This document shows, one piece after another, positions 1 through 11,480 of a stretch of 64,000 nt of DNA (positions are counted from its first letter, which is position 1; each line of letters opens with the position of its first letter). This stretch comes from Eledone cirrhosa (lineage: Eukaryota). Under the pieces are notes generated by a model. The model was given only the letters and a program-made list of their open reading frames with translations. It made no database searches and was not told the DNA's origin. The translations under genes and the position numbers were made by a program. Location of the stretch: NCBI GenBank assembly GCA_964016885.1, contig OZ024755.1:19158001-19222000 (forward strand). Reading direction: 5' to 3'.

Positions 1-451
1 TAAAATCAATATGACAGAGAAGTTATGTGGTGTGGAAAGTGTTAATATTTGGATTTTTAAAAATTTAACTATGAAAAGCATAATGAACACACAGAAATTA
101 TTTTTTAAATCTAAATTATTGAAGAAATCCTTCAAAATAGAGAATATAATTTTGAGAAAACTCACTCAGTGTTGATCAGACAGCAGAAAGGTTTCTTGAT
201 AACATTCTTTAATCTTTCCTTTTGACTTAGAGCTGATTTTCAGAATTACTAATTTAAGAAATGTTCAACTGAAGTTGTTTTGGTTGAAAAAATGCTTACA
301 TTCAATTATTTAATCTTTGGGAAATTTAGTATTCATGATTGGTTTGCTAAGAGATTCAGTGTAAATTTTTGTTACTGAAAATAGAAAAATAAATTTGTCA
401 AGTTAAAAAAAAATCCATACTAACATAGAAATATGTAGGAGACTTTATTCA

Positions 452-1160
452 TAATCATCATCACCATTTTTACATCAGCTTTTACATGCTTATCTCAGTG
501 TATTGTCCCTAGTAAAGAATCTCTTCACGTGTTTCTTTTCTTTGTTATCTCCTTTGTGAGGTTCAATTTCTTGAAATCAGCTTTCACTATCCTTTGCCAA
601 TTTCTTTCTTGATCTATCTCTTCCATAGTTTCCTTCCATTTGAAATTTTTGGCACTCCTTCATCCAACAATTACCATCTATATGCATTACATGTCCACCC
701 CAAAACAACCTTCTCTCTTGCACACTACATCTGATTTCTCTTTTGCCTAGGTTTCCTCTCAGCTCATCTATGCTTCATTGTCCCTATATAATACACATCC
801 AATAGGGCATACTTAATTTGTTTCTATCCAGCCTTTGCATATCCTCACCTATGTGATATTGTACTTCTCATGCAAGAATGAAACAAATTTGCTTCCAAAT
901 AAAAAAAATTTTCCACTCTTTCTTATTCTAGCTACTAAGCTCCTAGAGCAAACTCTTCCTCTGTTAATTTGGTTGTCTAGATATCAACTTCTATGGAAAA
1001 TGTTTATTTCCTTTGTGTTCTTAGTACTAACCATCCCTGTTAATCTGCTACATACACCATCTACCTTCTCTATTAACCTATTAGTAATACCACAACACCA
1101 CTTGTATACCCATATTTCACTTCATATAGAATTCTTTACAAAAAAAACTATCTTTGGGGC
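452..1160 (-). mobile_element. Decayed RTE-clade LINE 3' fragment
   Basis: (CAT)n tail at ~452-465. The reverse complement of ~640-770 aligns by eye with the RTE 3' coding segment at 25345-25560 (ERRL.W.GHV.RM region). Many stops. Confidence 0.6.
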
Positions 1161-1186
1161 TTAAGTTTTTTTCTAATTCCCTATTT

Positions 1187-1489
1187 TAATAATAATGAAA
1201 TTATTGTGTAAAGTGCTCAGGTGCACTACAACTTGTCAAAGGTGTATGTATAGTACATAGAATAATACACAAATGTCAGGGAAGTACATGTGTGTATGTG
1301 TTAGCTGTAGTGTTGGCAGATCTCGGGAAGCATGGAGGCCTTAAAGGATGCAGTGTCTCGACAGCTAACAACTGATGCAGGTAGTTTGTTCCATGCTTCA
1401 GCAACTCTGAGCGTGAAAAAATGTTTCCGAAAGTCATGGGAACTGTGCTGTTTTCTTACTTTGTGGGCATGTCCACTTGTGTTAGACAT
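1187..1489 (-). mobile_element. CR1-clade LINE 3' end (young, 5'-truncated)
   Basis: ORF 1301-1489 encodes GHAHK...FFTLRVAEAWNKLP...FK, the typical CR1 ORF2 C-terminus, followed by a 3' UTR and (ATT)n tail. Nearly identical to 46339-46640. Confidence 0.9.
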
Positions 1490-1799
1490 TTTATATCATC
1501 TATCAATGTAATGTTTGCTAAGGTCTTATTATGATGATAAATGTGTCATTCCTATTCACTATGCATTAAAAGTAACAATATATAACTAAATATAGATAAC
1601 ATTATCTACATAAGCTTTCCTCCATTCACTTTCACTTGTGCATCATCAATTCGATGGTTTGCAGTTTTCATAAAAACCTCACTGGGATGGAAAGGCAAGC
1701 CAATTTATGACATGATTTAAATTCAAATTGGCATTAAAAAAATCAGCACCATGTTAACTGAATTCATATCTTGTTAACGTATAAATAACAAACTTGCTA

Positions 1800-1838
1800 G
1801 ATATACCTGTGTGATTTCTGTAATCACACAGGTATATC
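1800..1838. repeat. Perfect 17-bp inverted repeat, 5-nt loop
   Basis: GATATACCTGTGTGATT-tctgt-AATCACACAGGTATATC. Confidence 0.95.
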
Positions 1839-1851
1839 AATGTCTAGTTAA

Positions 1852-2072
1852 CTCTTTAGCATTTAAACCAGCCATATCTGGCCAGAATTCTCTCACTCTT
1901 TTCTGTTCAAACAGGCTGTAACTAGCCTCTCATATTGATGTTAAGGCATTATTCTCAAAATGAATAATATCGAAATCTCATATATTCGATATTATGTGAG
2001 ATAATTACATGTGATAAAGCCTTTGCCACGAAAATGCAACAGTAAATATAGAGTAATATAAATGCTAAAGGG
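1852..2072 (+). mobile_element. piggyBac-type non-autonomous MITE
   Basis: TTAA at 1848-1851 and 2073-2076; TIRs C(T/C)CTTTAGCATT...AATGCTAAAGGG. Other copies at 5732, 14557, 14777 and 52647. Confidence 0.85.
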
Positions 2073-2280
2073 TTAATCTATGAATAACAAACCAGTAAGA
2101 TATACCTATATGTGACTTCAGAATCCATGTCTTGTTAATGTATAAAATATATCAGGACAGAACCAGATAAAACTGGTTAGACCATTACTCAACAAAATAC
2201 TCAATACTTGGGATAATAGAGTATGGGTATATTATAAAAAACGTCAGAGCCCGACAGCTGAGCTTTTGCCAGTTCAACAG

Positions 2281-2283
<3 letters not shown>

Positions 2284-2341
<58 letters not shown>
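2284..2341. repeat. (TA)n microsatellite
   Basis: Pure dinucleotide run. Confidence 0.98.
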
Positions 2342-2346
<5 letters not shown>

Positions 2347-2354
2347 CATATATA

Positions 2355-2505
2355 TCTTCTTCTCTTCTTCTTCACATGCTCATAGTATTGGAACTATGAT
2401 CGCTCAATTCGGAGAAGTACCGGCTCTACCTGGAGAGAGTCTCTGATCTCCAAGCTACACACTTTATCGAGTAACGTTACTCCAAAGACACTTCGGAGGA
2501 ATGCC
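2355..2505 (-). mobile_element. RTE LINE 3' fragment
   Basis: Translates to FLRSVFGVTLLDKVCSLEIRDSLQVEPVLLRIERS (RTE C-terminal motif), with a (GAA)n-like tail. Confidence 0.75.
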
Positions 2506-3194
2506 CTATATATATATATAATGTATAAAATAACAAACATGTTAGATATACCTCTGTGTGACTTTAGATAAAATAAAAACAATCTTTACTAAATTTAATG
2601 TGAACCTTACTTACATTCCTTTAAACCCATAACAACAACAACAGAGCAGAGAAACATGCTATGCCTGACTTGATTTAAAAACCTTAGATTGATTCATTAC
2701 ATATCATGTTTTAGTGTGAGTCATTTGGTCAATAGTTAAGTGATAAATCTACATCTTATACACTACCATTGGAAGAGTGATCTTTTTTCCTCTCAAGAAT
2801 GTTGTCCTGGATTTAACCAGAAAAACAAGGGAAGGGCAAGGGAAAAAGGGAGAATGGGAGTGAGAGAGAGGGAAAGCGAGTGAGAATGAGGGGGACAGAG
2901 AAAGAAGAAGAGAGGGTGAGCATGAGAGAAGAGGGAGAGATAAGGAGAGAGAGAGAGGGGGGAGCAGAAATGTAGGATATCAAATTTCTAAAGTGGTATA
3001 ACTAACAACTGTAGATGACAGTTGTGAACAGAGAATCCAATGTTGGAATGGAGAGATAACAGTGACAGTATAAGAGTAAGTAATGTAAAGTGAATGGTTG
3101 GTTGATGGGAAGACAACTTGAAAGTGGCCTCAGTGATTATTAGTGGAAGATACTGGAAAACTGATATAGTTAGAGACATTTTAGAAACCCTATT

Positions 3195-3415
3195 AACATT
3201 TACATTACTCTATATTTACTATTATATTTTCATGGTAAAGGCTTTATCTCACATAATTATCTAACATAATATCCAATGTATGAGATTTTGATATTATTTA
3301 TTTTGAGAACAATACCTTAACAGCCGGTTATAGCTGGTTTGAACAGAAAGAGGTGATAGAATTCTAGCCGGATACAGCCGGTTTGAACAGAAAGAGGTGT
3401 AAATGCTAAAGGGTG
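3195..3415 (-). mobile_element. piggyBac-type MITE, partial with internal duplication
   Basis: Shares the body and the AATGCTAAAGGG end with 1852-2072. Confidence 0.7.
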
Positions 3416-3524
3416 TAAGAATATAACAGAGCTTTATTAGAGCTTTCATCCATTCCAGTAGAGTAGAATCAACTATAATTGACAAAGAGAGAGAGAAGAA
3501 AAGCAATGTAAAAGAAATATCATG

Positions 3525-3730
3525 ATCATGATCATCACAGTTTAATATCCATTTTTCCACGTTAGCATGGGTTAGACAAGTTGTTCCATTGTGAGACAAG
3601 TCAGATCATGTGACCCTGTCTTGCTCATACAGAACTGTTTCTGGCTTGGTTTCTATGGCTGGATGTCCTTCCTAACACCAACTACATTTACAGTGTGGAC
3701 TGGATGCATTTTTGTTGGGTCACCAACACA
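3525..3730 (-). mobile_element. RTE-tailed SINE / RTE 3' UTR fragment
   Basis: Reverse complement of ttaggaaggacatccagcc...ctaacccatgctaacgtggaa...gatgatcatg; same family as 25670-25940. Confidence 0.75.
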
Positions 3731-4389
3731 ATGATTTGACAGAGTAGACTTGGTGCTTTTTATATGAGAAAACAACTTGGAAGTTTGGAAAGAAGTGTTA
3801 ATATAAGACTTGTTTTGGTTTTAGTCTCAATCAATTTCATTATGATTTTGTGAACCATTTGTGAGAGTATTCTTAATGAAATACACTCATTTCAATTAAT
3901 TAATGAAGATTATTGAGGGATTTATTAAAATTATTATTTCATTACTAAAATATTAACGTTAACATATGGTTTTTATATAAAATTATGTTTGAAGATGTTA
4001 ATTTACATAAGAAGACCCCTTTAAAATAAATAATTTAGTTTAATAGAACTAGTGATGTCATTGTCAAGGTTGGTATCAAAAGGGTAAATAGGTTTTGAAA
4101 TGGTCAAAACAATTTGGAAAACATCATTATCATTCATCATTTTCAATGCAACATCCAATTAATTCTCTAGCCTTTCACCACATTCCTCCTCATAGGAAGT
4201 ACTGTTTTTCTAAGACTCCAGTGTTGGCACCACTATTAAAACAATATTATTTTATTATTTTTTCCAAGTGAGTTTCATAAATGCAACAGAGAAATATTCT
4301 GAGACCACTGTTGTAGCAACACATCGTTTTATCACAACCATTGCAATTGTAACCTCTATTGTTAGCAACAACCACATTTTTATCATCAT

Positions 4390-4533
4390 TTTGGCAGTAC
4401 CGGTAGAGGGTCGGACGCCATGCTTTGACGCCATTCTGAGTTCAAATCCCACTGAGGTTAACTTTGCCTTTCATCCTTATGGGGTCGATAAAATAAAGTT
4501 GCTGGCCTTGTACCAAAAGTAGAAACAATTATG
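4390..4533 (+). mobile_element. Deu/Nin-domain tRNA-derived SINE (internally deleted)
   Basis: TGGCAGTACCGG A-box, GTTCAAATCC B-box, gcctttcatccttatggggtcgataaaata central domain. Confidence 0.85.
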
Positions 4534-4608
4534 TATTAATAAAATGTATTAAAACTATGCTGCCCGAAAAATGAATTATTCAGCTTGAGCCCATGCTAAT
4601 TATGTTAT

Positions 4609-4987
4609 CGTTGAGCTTAAGTCAATGCTAATTCTAACTCATCGTTGAGCTTGAGTCAATGCTAATTCTAACTCATCGTTGAGCTTGAGTTAATGCTAAT
4701 TCTAACTCATCATTGAGCTTGAGTCAATGCTAATTCTAACTCATCATTGAGCTTGAGTCAATGCTAATTCTAACTCATCATTGAGCTTGAGTCAATGCTA
4801 ATTCTAACTCATTGTTGAGCTTGAGTCAATGCTAATTCTAACTCATCGTTGAGCTTCAGTAGATACTAACTCTAACTTACCATTGAGCTTGAGTCACTGC
4901 TAATTCTAACTTATTGAGCTTCAGTAGATACTAACTCTAACTTACTATTGAGCTTGAGTCAATGCTAATTCTAACTTATCATTGAGC
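4609..4987. repeat. 34-bp minisatellite, ~11 copies
   Basis: Unit GTTGAGCTTGAGTCAATGCTAATTCTAACTCATC; period 34 (4611, 4645, 4679...). Confidence 0.95.
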
Positions 4988-5731
4988 CATCGTGAAAATT
5001 TCATAGAAGTACATGCATAGGCTTGCAGCAACATTATAGGCTGGAATAAGGAGGAAAAGGAATAGGTTACAAATGCCTATAGTATCTTACAAACATATAT
5101 TTTGAGAAGTTGTGTACATAAAATCTGGGTAGTTTCAGGCAAGTTTGTATTAAAAGTGATAAAACTTTCTGACTACTTTACCTATGTTCAAAATAACCCA
5201 TCATGCTCACTTGTCAGTTTCTCACCACTCTCATACTGTTTTACACTCTACTCCCCCAAACCTCCCTCTAAATATTACATATTCTCTCTCTCATTTCTCC
5301 TAATAGAACATCCTTTCTCCTTGCATAATATTTCAGACTCCAATATTTCTAACTCCACCCTGAATGAATTGTAAAGGTTAGAGACATTGTCTCTTCTCCT
5401 CAGACACAATGATAAAAATAAATAAATAAAATGAAATAAAATAAAATTAAAAAAATAAAACATACATCCGTTATCATGAAGTTCACTGCAGTCTCCAAAC
5501 AACAAACACAAATAATCACACACACACATATATATATAAGGGTGGATTTCCGATGTATAATGGGAGGTGACTACAGTTAAAAAAGGTACTCAATATGTTA
5601 GTAGAGTATAGGCATATTTATTTCATTTTATAAAATGAACAATTCAATAGAAACAAATAGATACAAAACCAAAGATTAACCCAGAAAAAGTTCTCTCATT
5701 TCTTTTAGATTTATTTATCAACTAAACTTAA

Positions 5732-5946
5732 CCCTTTAGCATTTAAACTAGCTATATCTAGCCAGAATTCTCTCACCTCTTTCTGTTCAAACTGGCCGTA
5801 ACTTGCCACTCATACTGATGTTAAGGTATTGTTCTCAAAATAAATAATATCAAAATCTCATAGATTCATGTGGGATAATTATGTGAGATAAAGCCTTTTC
5901 TGTGAAAATACAATTGTAAATATAGAGTAATGTAAATTCTAAAGGG
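5732..5946 (+). mobile_element. piggyBac-type MITE
   Basis: TTAA-CCCTTTAGCATT start, TAAAGGG end with decayed TSD. Confidence 0.85.
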
Positions 5947-6150
5947 CTAGAGTCAACAAACCTGAATCCTATTAACTCCTTAACACTTTTCCTAATAAAA
6001 GATACTACCAATGATTTTTAAATAATTTTTTTAATAATAATTTAGAAGGAATAAGTAATATAACTAACTTTCTCTAGTGTTTGAAGTATAATATACATCT
6101 ATATCTAGTTGGCATATGAGAGAAAAGAATACTTAATACCAAAGTAAAAT

Positions 6151-6305
6151 TTAAATATTCATTTATTATGGCAAAGTAGTAAGTCTTGTTATTCTGGAAT
6201 TTCACCTATCCACTCGCAGGTGTCTTGTCTGATGATCCTGTGAGTGCACAGGTGAAACTTCAGAGTAACAAGACTCACTACTTAGCCATAATAAATGATT
6301 TTAAA
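6151..6305. mobile_element. Penelope-like element terminus (inverted pseudo-LTR arrangement)
   Basis: 6151-6220 is a diverged reverse complement of 6237-6305; the right arm carries a hammerhead core followed by AATAAA. Confidence 0.7.
6222..6274 (+). ncRNA. Minimal type I hammerhead ribozyme
   Basis: Stem I GTCTTGT(6222-28)/ACAAGAC(6268-74); CTGATGA 6229-35; stem II CCTGTG-agtg-CACAGG; GAAA 6254-57; stem III ACT-tcag-AGT; cleavage triplet GUA ending 6267. The 10.1-11.1 pair is U.U. Confidence 0.8.
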
Positions 6306-6319
6306 TATATATAAATATG

Positions 6320-6490
6320 TAAAAGGTAAACAGAAATAACAACACAATCGGTACAGTATATGGAACGGATATATATTATGTTAACGCTTGATATAGCAGG
6401 AAGAGGGTTTTAATGTTTTGGATGCTAGTCCTTCACCAGAAGAAAGAATGAGAAATAAGATAGATTGAGGGTACGGGCGGGGTGGAATTG
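6320..6490 (-). mobile_element. Second Penelope-like terminus with decayed hammerhead
   Basis: Minus strand CTGGTGA-AGGA-ctagca-TCC-AAAAC: a mutated CTGATGA...GAAAC core. Confidence 0.5.
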
Positions 6491-7037
6491 GAAAAAATGC
6501 CTTTATATATATATATATATATACATTTACATACATACACATGAATATAAGTATATATACATACAAGTGTGTGTGTGTGCGTGTGTATTTGTGTGTGCGT
6601 ATAGTGGTTTCTATTTACCAAATCCTACCCACAAGGTATTAGCTAACACAAAGCTGCGATAGAGTAGGATCAAACCTGAAACCCATGTGAATGGGAAGCA
6701 AACTGCTTACCCTTAACCACCACCACCCACACACACACTCACTCACACACGCATAGAGCCATGCCTGTGCCTAGAAAATATTTATTTATACAACTGTCCA
6801 TGAACTAAGCTTGTCAACTCAAGTGTGTTTACTTGTTAATCCTCCAGTAGATGTTTATGTTTTTGCATCTAGTCTCCCCTATTCTCACTTCAGTACTGTT
6901 TAGATTAATATTTGGCAGATGAAAATTCACTGTTTATGAAAGAAATATGGAAAGAGGTGGGTAAAATTGTCTGGAAAACATTTGGAAACAATTATGAGAA
7001 AATTTAAAAATCAAGATGACAAGTAACTGAAAAATAT

Positions 7038-7240
7038 TATTGGTAGTACAGGTAGAGCATTGTACAACATGCTTTGCAGCATAGAATAGAGTCACGGCCC
7101 TTTATGTTCTGTGTTCAAATCACACTGAGGTTAGCTTTGCCTTTCATCCTTATGGGGTCGATAAAATAAAGTACCAGTCACACACTAGGGTCGATTTAAT
7201 CGACTTTCCCCTCTCCCCAAATTGCTGGTCTTGTGCCTTA
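7038..7240 (+). mobile_element. Deu/Nin-domain SINE
   Basis: GTTCAAATC B-box and gcctttcatccttatggggtcgataaaataaagtaccag. Confidence 0.85.
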
Positions 7241-8254
7241 TTTACCTTTATTCCTAGATTTATTTTGTAATACATCTGAATAGCAAATTATAATGATTTA
7301 TGGAAAAAATGAAACGAAATTTCATTTCTCATTCTCAATTCAGGATGTTTGTTTACAAACAAACCGAGCATTATAATAAATGTTCGGTAAATCCATACGT
7401 ACATATATATATGTGTGCATGTATGTATATATATACATACTACTGTACGTCTGTATACATATATGTATGTACGTATACATACTTATATATAATGATTTAG
7501 TTCAAGAGAAATATTGAATATATGAACATAGGCTGCATAATATGTTACAGTAGTAATTTTAGCAACAATGCAGAGAAGATTAATTAATTGACATACAGAT
7601 AGAAATTATGTAAACCTCTGTGTATAATTTATACTGTGATATCTAAGTTAGGATTAGTGTAGCTATGGTAGCAAGGATTAGTATTCATAAGGTGGCAAGG
7701 AGCCAGGTTCCACGGAAATGCTTCACTTTTAATCTATAAGTGAAATTCCTGTCTGGAGTCTTTAGATGAAGTTAGCTTAAGTCTTAGGTTGCTAAATCAC
7801 AGTAAACAGCCAAAATATGTGCTGGGAGAAATTAAAAACTCATTCAGTTTTGAAAATGATATTCAGTACAAAGAAAAGTAAGAAAAAAAATATACAAAGA
7901 AAATAATTATTTTTCCCTCATTTGTCTAAAGAGCAGGTAATGTAGTGCTGTAGATTTCTATGACAGGATATAAAGAAAGATAATTATGTGTTGTTAAATT
8001 GATAAATGTTTGTAGTTTCAATGTATCATCTTAATTGTTGGTTGTATTCTCCCTTCTTTAATACTCAATACATTTCAAATGTGAAATGTATAAAATTAAG
8101 ACAACCATCATCATTATCATCATGCTGTCATGAGTTGAAAATTGTTTATATCAACCCTACTGCTACTATTAACCTTAGAAGGATAAAAGACAATATTGAC
8201 CTTAGTGGGATTTGAAATCAGATTGTAAAAAGCCAGAACAAATACCACAATGAT

Positions 8255-9485
8255 ATTTTATCCAACATCCCTACTAATTCTGCCAATATACCATTCCTGA
8301 AGGTAGTAGTTTATCCAACATCCCTACCAATATACCATTCCTGAAGGTAGTATTTTATCCAATATCCCTACCAATATACCATTCCTGGAGGTAGTATTTT
8401 ATCCAACATCCCTACCAATATACCATTCCTGGAGGTAGTATTTTATCCAATATCCCTACCAATATACCATTCCTGGAGGTAGTATTTTATCCAATATCCC
8501 TACCAATATACCATTCCTGAAGGTAGTATTTTATCCAATATCCCTACCAATATACCATTCCTGGAGGTAGTATTTTATCCAATATCCCTACTAATTCTAC
8601 CAATATACCATTCCTGAAGGTAGCATTTTATCCAATATCCCTACCAATATACCATTCCTGGAGGTAGTATTTTATCCAATATCCCTACCAATATACCATT
8701 CCTGAAGGTAGTATTTTATCCAATATCCCTACCAATATACCATTCCTGGAGGTAGTATTTTATCCAATATCCCTACTAATTCTACCAATATACCATTCCT
8801 GAAGGTAGCATTTTATCCAATATCCCTACCAATATACCATTCCTGGAGGTAGTATTTTATCCAATATCCCTACCAATATACCATTCCTGGAGGTAGTATT
8901 TTATCCAATATCCCTACCAATATACCATTCCTGGAGGTAGTATTTTATCCAATATCCCTACCAATATACCATTCCTGAAGGTAGTATTTTATCCAATATC
9001 CCTACCAATATACCATTCCTGGAGGTAGTATTTTATCCAATATCCCTACCAATATACCATTCCTGAAGGTAGTATTTTATCCAATATCCCTACCAATATA
9101 CCATTCCTGGAGGTAGTATTTTATCCAATATCCCTACCAATATACCATTCCTGAAGGTAGTATTTTATCCAATATCCCTACCAATATACCATTCCTGGAG
9201 GTAGTATTTTATCCAATATCCCTACCAATATACCATTCCTGAAGGTAGTATTTTATCCAATATCCCTACCAATATACCATTCCTGGAGGTAGTATTTTAT
9301 CCAATATCCCTACTAATTCTACCAATATACCATTCCTGAAGGTAGCATTTTATCCAATATCCCTACCAATATACCATTCCTGGAGGTAGTATTTTATCCA
9401 ATATCCCTACTAATTCTACCAATATACCATACCTGGAGGTAGTATTTTATCCAACATCCCTACTAATTCTGACAATCTACCATGC
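8255..9485. repeat. 44-bp minisatellite (~27 units, some with an extra TAATTCTAC) derived from a SINE head
   Basis: Unit ATTTTATCCAATATCCCTACCAATATACCATTCCTG(G/A)AGGTAGT; period 44; contiguous with a minus-strand SINE body at 8140-8290. Confidence 0.95.
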
Positions 9486-9499
9486 CTTGAAACCCTAAA

Positions 9500-9692
9500 A
9501 TAATTGTTTCTATTTTAGGCACAAAGTCAACAATTTGAAGGAGAGAGGAAAGTCGATTAAATCGACCCAGTGCATTACTGGTACTTTATTTATCGATCCC
9601 ATAAGGATGAAAGGTAAAGCTAACATCAGTGGGATTTGAACTCAGAAGCATGGTGTCCAAAGCTTTACTGATGCTGCCAATCCACCATCCTA
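9500..9692 (-). mobile_element. Deu/Nin-domain SINE
   Basis: Reverse complement of ggtggattggcagcatcagtaaag...gagttcaaatccc...gcctaaaatagaaacaatta. Confidence 0.85.
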
Positions 9693-9892
9693 NNNNNNNN
9701 NNNNNNNNNNNNNNNNNNNNNNNNNNNNNNNNNNNNNNNNNNNNNNNNNNNNNNNNNNNNNNNNNNNNNNNNNNNNNNNNNNNNNNNNNNNNNNNNNNNN
9801 NNNNNNNNNNNNNNNNNNNNNNNNNNNNNNNNNNNNNNNNNNNNNNNNNNNNNNNNNNNNNNNNNNNNNNNNNNNNNNNNNNNNNNNNNNNN
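9693..9892. other. Assembly gap (200 N)
   Basis: Run of N. Confidence 1.
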
Positions 9893-10069
9893 TTCCATGT
9901 TTGCAATGCTGCATAATTCCAATCATATTGATACTGCATCATCTCTTCTGCGAGTACTAATATTCTTAAAGTTGTCCTAATATTTTAAATCTTCTTTACC
10001 ATAGACTAATTTTACCATAATCTATCAGTCTTTATATTATTCCTTATCAATACATAGCATAACTTTAAA

Positions 10070-10252
10070 TATTTTTTCTACTTTTGGCCAAGGCCAGCAA
10101 TTATCCCAGTGCATTACTGGTACTTTATTTTATCAACCCGTAAGGATGAAAGGCAAAGTTAACCTTGGCGGGATTTGAACTCAGACCGTAAAGGGACGTA
10201 ACTATGCTGGAAAGCATGGTGTCCGACCCTTTACCGATACTGCCAATCTGCA
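10070..10252 (-). mobile_element. Deu/Nin-domain SINE
   Basis: Near-identical in reverse to 16238-16422. Confidence 0.9.
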
Positions 10253-10269
10253 GCAATCTTAAAATTTGA

Positions 10270-10460
10270 GCCTCACTGAAGCTAGTGGTTGCTCAATCAA
10301 TTAGAAGTGGCAGTCAAATCTCCCTCAAAGAGAGAGGAGCTCATTGTAGTCCCAGACATACTGTTTAAAATAAAATAAGATAGGATGTTCTTGACTGGAA
10401 TGCTGGTGAAGATAGCTTTGTTCTACCAGGATTGACCTGGAGCCAAATAAAACAACAACT
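10270..10460 (+). mobile_element. Interspersed SINE-like repeat with (AAC)n tail
   Basis: tagaa..gcag.caaatctccctcaaa...ggatg.tc..gactggaatg...gacctggagc.aaacaacaac; other copies at ~13480, 22190, 42460 and 51730 (rc). Confidence 0.6.
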
Positions 10461-11029
10461 ACTTTCTACCCACAATGCAATAAAGAATTTTGACTAAATG
10501 AAAATGTTTTCTCTTGAAAACAATTTTTTTTAAAAAGTGAATCCTTAGAGATTGCAAATGTTAAAAAAAAATATTATTATTATTTTCATCATGTTCATAT
10601 GGTAGGTTTCATAGCCAGATTAACCAGATAACATTACATATTTTTGTTTGTCTGTCCCTCCCGGGAGGTGGGAGGACTAAATATCATTGTGAAGAAACAA
10701 ACAGAATGGAAAGTCAAGAACAAGCGGGATAGATAATAGCATAGGAAGGTTAGAGTTTATAAGAAAGGATTATTTCAGTATGAGTAAGGCAGTTGTGTGC
10801 ACCCATTTCTAAAATTATTCACTCAACATTTCTGAATATATTAGTACATCCAGTTGGGTTTTTTTTTCTTTTTTATTGTAATGTATTTATGGCATTGTGT
10901 TATGTGATACTGTGTATTTTGTTTTCTACAACACAACCCGGTGGTTATAGAGTTCTAAATGGTATTCTTTATTGTTGTTCATGTTGGTGGTTACCAACTC
11001 AATAACATTGCTAGTACACCTATCTCTCA

Positions 11030-11480
11030 TGAAAGCACATGAATTAGTGATGAGAGGGTTGGGCTTGAAATCATGAGGTTGTGAGTTCAATTCTTGGATC
11101 AGGTGATGTGTTTGTCTCCTTGAGCAAGATTCTTTATTTCATGTTGCTCCAGTTCACTCAGCTGTAGAAAGGAGTTGCGATGCCACTGGTGCAAGCTGTA
11201 TCAGCCATTGCCTTTCCCTTGGACAACATCACATACAGTGTATATCTAGTCTAAATATAGTGTATATGCAGTATATACAACGTATATATATAGTGTATAT
11301 ATATGACTTGTGACACTATCTTTCCCTTGGACAACATTGGTGGCATGGAGAAGGGAGGTCGGTATGCATGGGGGACTGCTGGCTTTCCACAATCAACCTT
11401 GTCCAGATTTGTGCCTCAAAGGGGTACTTTCTAGGTGAAAATACCATAGTCATTCATGACAAAAAGGGTCTTTACCCTTT
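11030..11480 (+). mobile_element. tRNA-headed Meta/CORE-type SINE with long tail
   Basis: gtgagttcaattc B-box; ttgagcaaga..ctttatttca.gttgctccagttcactcagctgtag; tail ending gggtctttaccc. Reverse copy at ~22965-23300. Confidence 0.8.

Noticed and set aside
8255-9485. CRISPR-like regular array
   Set aside because: Head-to-tail units with no unique spacers, no cas genes and a eukaryotic context; it is a SINE-derived minisatellite
9586-9942. ORFs spanning X runs
   Set aside because: Artefacts of the N gap
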